Source of the DNA: Dehalococcoidia bacterium
GTDB taxonomy: Bacteria > Chloroflexota > Dehalococcoidia > Lucifugimonadales > UBA3495
DNA length: 59,446 bases
Reading direction: 5' to 3'
Assembly (NCBI GenBank): GCA_022825745.1
Contig: JAJDWF010000035.1
Coordinates: 1 to 59,446, forward strand
Part shown: positions 56,622 to 59,446 of the stretch, in pieces
How the letters are laid out: the number at the start of each line of letters is the position of its first letter
How positions within the stretch are numbered: the first letter of the stretch is position 1
Position numbers and translations under genes: made by a program
The notes under the pieces: generated by a model
Seen by the model: only the letters and a program-made list of their open reading frames with translations
Database searches by the model: none
What the model was told of the DNA's origin: nothing

Positions 56622-59045
56622 TTAAGGATCGCAATCAAGCTGGGGGATGACAAGGCCCGGCAGCCGGTCGTCGCGCCCGTCCACAAACAACCAACGCGGG
56701 CTCTGGGGCCAGGAGAAGTCGGCGCCAACGTTCAGCTTGTTGTTGTACAGGTTGTTGCTGGCCAGCACGGTAAAGGCATGTTTGGCGCCCGGAGAAAGTC
56801 GCCGGATGGTCCACTCGGCGCGGCCGTTCCTGACCGGCACGTTTGGCGCTTTCACGTCAACATAGATGAACGCCTGTAGCCAATCATCAGCCTCATTGGT
56901 GCAACTGGCTTCCTCGGCCAGGTAGAGGTCAACCTCCATGTTGATGTAGCCGATGCGGTAATGGGTGGCTTCCGGCACGGGATCCCAGAATATGATGGCC
57001 TGATCATCCGGGATATCGATATCGTCGGGACACTTGGGGTCATCGCTGGGACACACATAGAAGTCGGGCGTTGGCAGCGACCCGCGCAGCGTGGGTTCCG
57101 GCGCCGGCGGCAGGATCGCCAAGCCATGCCCCCAAGTGCTGTCGGCCCCCAGAGAGTCCCTTTCATCCGCGTACTTCCTCAGATAGTTGGCCACCTCAAC
57201 CGGGGTGTAGTCGGGGAACCGCTGCTTTACCAACGCCGCCAGGCCCGCCACGTGGGGAGCGGCCTGGCTGGTACCAGAGAACCAGCACTCCGTGCCATCA
57301 CTGGTTCCGGGCGGATAAACCGTCGAACGTCCGCAGGCGATCCCGGTGATGTCCGGCTTGACGCGGCCGTCAACGGCAGGGCCGCGGCTGCTGTAGGAGG
57401 CGATGACATCAGGACTGCCCCAGTGAGTTGCGGCCACCGCCAGCATACCCGGGTTCCGGCTCTCGGCAGGATTCCCGATGTGGTGTCCCGAGGAATAATA
57501 TTGCAGATTGTCACCAGGATTCCGTATCCGAGCGGTCAACTGTATCCAATCCGGCTCATCGGCGCAAGTACCCTTTCTTATAACTAGATAGAATGGTAAT
57601 CTTGCGTCTTCTTCTTCGGGTGAACGAGGAGGACGAAGTTCTATGGAGAAGGAGGCGCGGGGAGTATCGTTAGCACCGCCAGATTGTACCCTTTCATCTG
57701 AGAAGATTTTATCGCCGCTATGATACAAAAGTAAATTCAAATCGCAATCAGCACGAGGCCAGCTGTCGTCCCATCTCATAAATGCCGACAATCTACCTCC
57801 ATAAGATAAATGAAAGGTATTTCCTATGTCTCCTATTCTCCAATCGTGGGTATTATTACCATCAGGATCGTTAAACGTACCGTACCAAACCTCTTCAGCC
57901 GCATTTCCGGCACTATTGACAAATACGATGCCGCCGGCTACCGCCGCGTCAATGCTCGTGATTACGCCGTCACTGTCGTAGGACGTGCCATCGCCAGGTC
58001 CTTCATATGAGTTGCTTAGCGAACGGTTGATGACGTCCACCTCGTTTTCCACCATCCAGTCAACGGCCTTCCTAAGGTCTCCTCGCGATTGCGGATGTGC
58101 TATGTATAGTTGGACTTCGGGCGCAATGTCAATCACCGTTTCGGCAACCGCTGTGCCGTGGACAGAATCCACCTCGCAGTCTGCTATGGATGAGCTCACC
58201 GGCAGCTGGGAGTCCCGAGGAGGGTAACAGCGAGCCATTACATTGCCTGGAAGCCTTCCACTGAGCTGCAATTCTCTGAAGCCCTCGAAACCGCCGTCAA
58301 TGACGCCAACCTTGATGCCCTGTCCTCGGTAGCCCATCCGGTGCCAGACATCGGCATGGTGCAAGGCCACGCCTTGGCTGACCGCCCCCCGGCTCGAGCT
58401 TTGGTCGGGCTCGGGCGGGATGATGGAATCCACGCGCCGGACACCGGGCTGTTCGGAAGCCGTAGGAAGCAAGACGGGCGGAATCAGGGCTTCGATATAG
58501 TCTTCGCCTACGTTGCGAATGAAAACGTCATTGTCTTGCAGGAACTGCTGCACGGCGGAAAGCTGTTCCGGCTCGACGTAAAAAGTCACCAGCACTGGTT
58601 CCGCTGGCGACACCGGGGCGAGGATGCTGTCGTCGGAGGTGTCGGGCTGCTGCCCACCGCCCAGAGACTGCTCCCCTGGGCGATCCAGGGTGTTGGGCTG
58701 CTGCTCGGCGGCCTGGGCCTGTTCCGCCAAGCGGTTCAGGTTGGAGTCAAGGTTGGGATACGCCGGCGGCTCCTTGACAATCGGGGGCAGGTCAGTCTCC
58801 ACCTCCTGATCATCCGGCTGGACCAAGACTCGCTCGGGGGGCGCGGCGGCCACCGGGAGATCGGCGGCAGGGCCGGGGTCAGCAGCGTCGGCGACCAATT
58901 GTTGCTCGACCGGCGTCGGAAGTTCGGGCTGTGGCCGCGCGTTGGCGGCGACCAGGGTGCCGGCCGTCAGCACGATAGCGACGAGAACCGCAATGGCAGA
59001 CAAAGCAAGCCAGTGTTTTCGCAAGTTATAAATGGCGCTTGACAT
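56622..59045 (-). CDS. Secreted S8 (subtilisin-like) serine peptidase with C-terminal FN3-like domain
   Basis: Signal peptide; triad VGVIDGG, HGTAVA, GTSQAAPHVAG; SAGN oxyanion motif. Confidence 0.92.
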   Translation of the reverse strand: MSSAIYNLRKHWLALSAIAVLVAIVLTAGTLVAANARPQPELPTPVEQQLVADAADPGPAADLPVAAAPPERVLVQPDDQEVETDLPPIVKEPPAYPNLDSNLNRLAEQAQAAEQQPNTLDRPGEQSLGGGQQPDTSDDSILAPVSPAEPVLVTFYVEPEQLSAVQQFLQDNDVFIRNVGEDYIEALIPPVLLPTASEQPGVRRVDSIIPPEPDQSSSRGAVSQGVALHHADVWHRMGYRGQGIKVGVIDGGFEGFRELQLSGRLPGNVMARCYPPRDSQLPVSSSIADCEVDSVHGTAVAETVIDIAPEVQLYIAHPQSRGDLRKAVDWMVENEVDVINRSLSNSYEGPGDGTSYDSDGVITSIDAAVAGGIVFVNSAGNAAEEVWYGTFNDPDGNNTHDWRIGDIGNTFHLSYGGRLSAFMRWDDSWPRADCDLNLLLYHSGDKIFSDERVQSGGANDTPRASFSIELRPPRSPEEEDARLPFYLVIRKGTCADEPDWIQLTARIRNPGDNLQYYSSGHHIGNPAESRNPGMLAVAATHWGSPDVIASYSSRGPAVDGRVKPDITGIACGRSTVYPPGTSDGTECWFSGTSQAAPHVAGLAALVKQRFPDYTPVEVANYLRKYADERDSLGADSTWGHGLAILPPAPEPTLRGSLPTPDFYVCPSDDPKCPDDIDIPDDQAIIFWDPVPEATHYRIGYINMEVDLYLAEEASCTNEADDWLQAFIYVDVKAPNVPVRNGRAEWTIRRLSPGAKHAFTVLASNNLYNNKLNVGADFSWPQSPRWLFVDGRDDRLPGLVIPQLDCDP

Positions 59046-59293
59046 GATTTGCTATCCTCCGCGCTACAGCCGGTTGTGTCGTCCTGCACATCAGGGTTTC
59101 GATGGTTGCTAATACCTTTTTAGGGTAAGGCATTTGTCAATAGACAATGTGCCAAGTGTCCGCAACCTATGACCTGGGTGCATCAATTTTAATACGCAAG
59201 GGCAGTCATAGAGGTTCACTCAATTCGCCGGTTTGTACGAGTTTTGCACTATGCTGCCCCACTTTTGCCGCCAGCAGGCGATTTTCGCGGCGG

Positions 59294-59446
59294 CTAGCTC
59301 TCGTCCACCGAGTACACCCGCACCGCCGTGTCGTGGAACATGGCCGCCCGCTCGCTGGCCGAATAACCTGCCGACAGACGCTTGAACGCGTTGTACATCA
59401 CGTTGTACGAGTAGGACACCTTGTCCACCGGGAAGTTGCTCTCGAA
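59294..59446 (-). CDS. Amidohydrolase_2 family protein, C-terminal part (paralog of 55098-56117; runs off the window end)
   Basis: Manual translation FESNFPVDKVSYSYNVMYNAFKRLS...ERAAMFHDTAVRVY. Confidence 0.85.
   Translation of the reverse strand, partial: FESNFPVDKVSYSYNVMYNAFKRLSAGYSASERAAMFHDTAVRVYSVDES

Overview
High-GC bacterial chromosome segment. By inference from gene content and promoter style it is probably a Chloroflexota/Dehalococcoidia (SAR202-like, possibly host-associated) genome: expanded Uma2, PaREP1, HicAB, amidohydrolase, RCC1-repeat and S8 surface proteins. It carries core genes (aconitase, glnA, two amt, dnaX-ybaB-recR-recO, biotin carboxylase/BCCP, uvrA, nadE) and catabolic or transport genes (tcuA-like, MFS, MMPL, P450, VOC). 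Small accessory insertions include a vsr + C5-MTase + putative restriction endonuclease cassette, hicBA, an ABC-ATPase + TOPRIM-like (DUF3226) pair and a solo TIR protein. The most striking element is a compact five-gene phage-structural operon at 7.4-13.1 kb: HK97 protease, major capsid, head-tail adaptor, tail-tube-like and tail-like proteins. It has its own sigma70-like promoter, host-like high GC and REP-like palindromes, but no portal, terminase, integrase or lysis genes in this window, so it is a candidate domesticated (GTA-like or nanocompartment) system. Also notable are a restriction-endonuclease-like protein fused to an adhesin-type Ig-like domain, a GNAT/FeeM-PLP aminotransferase fusion, a [2Fe-2S]-ChuX/HutX-like fusion next to aconitase, and GlnR-like 11-bp-phased boxes before both amt genes. 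I recognised no rRNA, tRNA or CRISPR array. All family calls come from motif recognition by eye; no database search was run.
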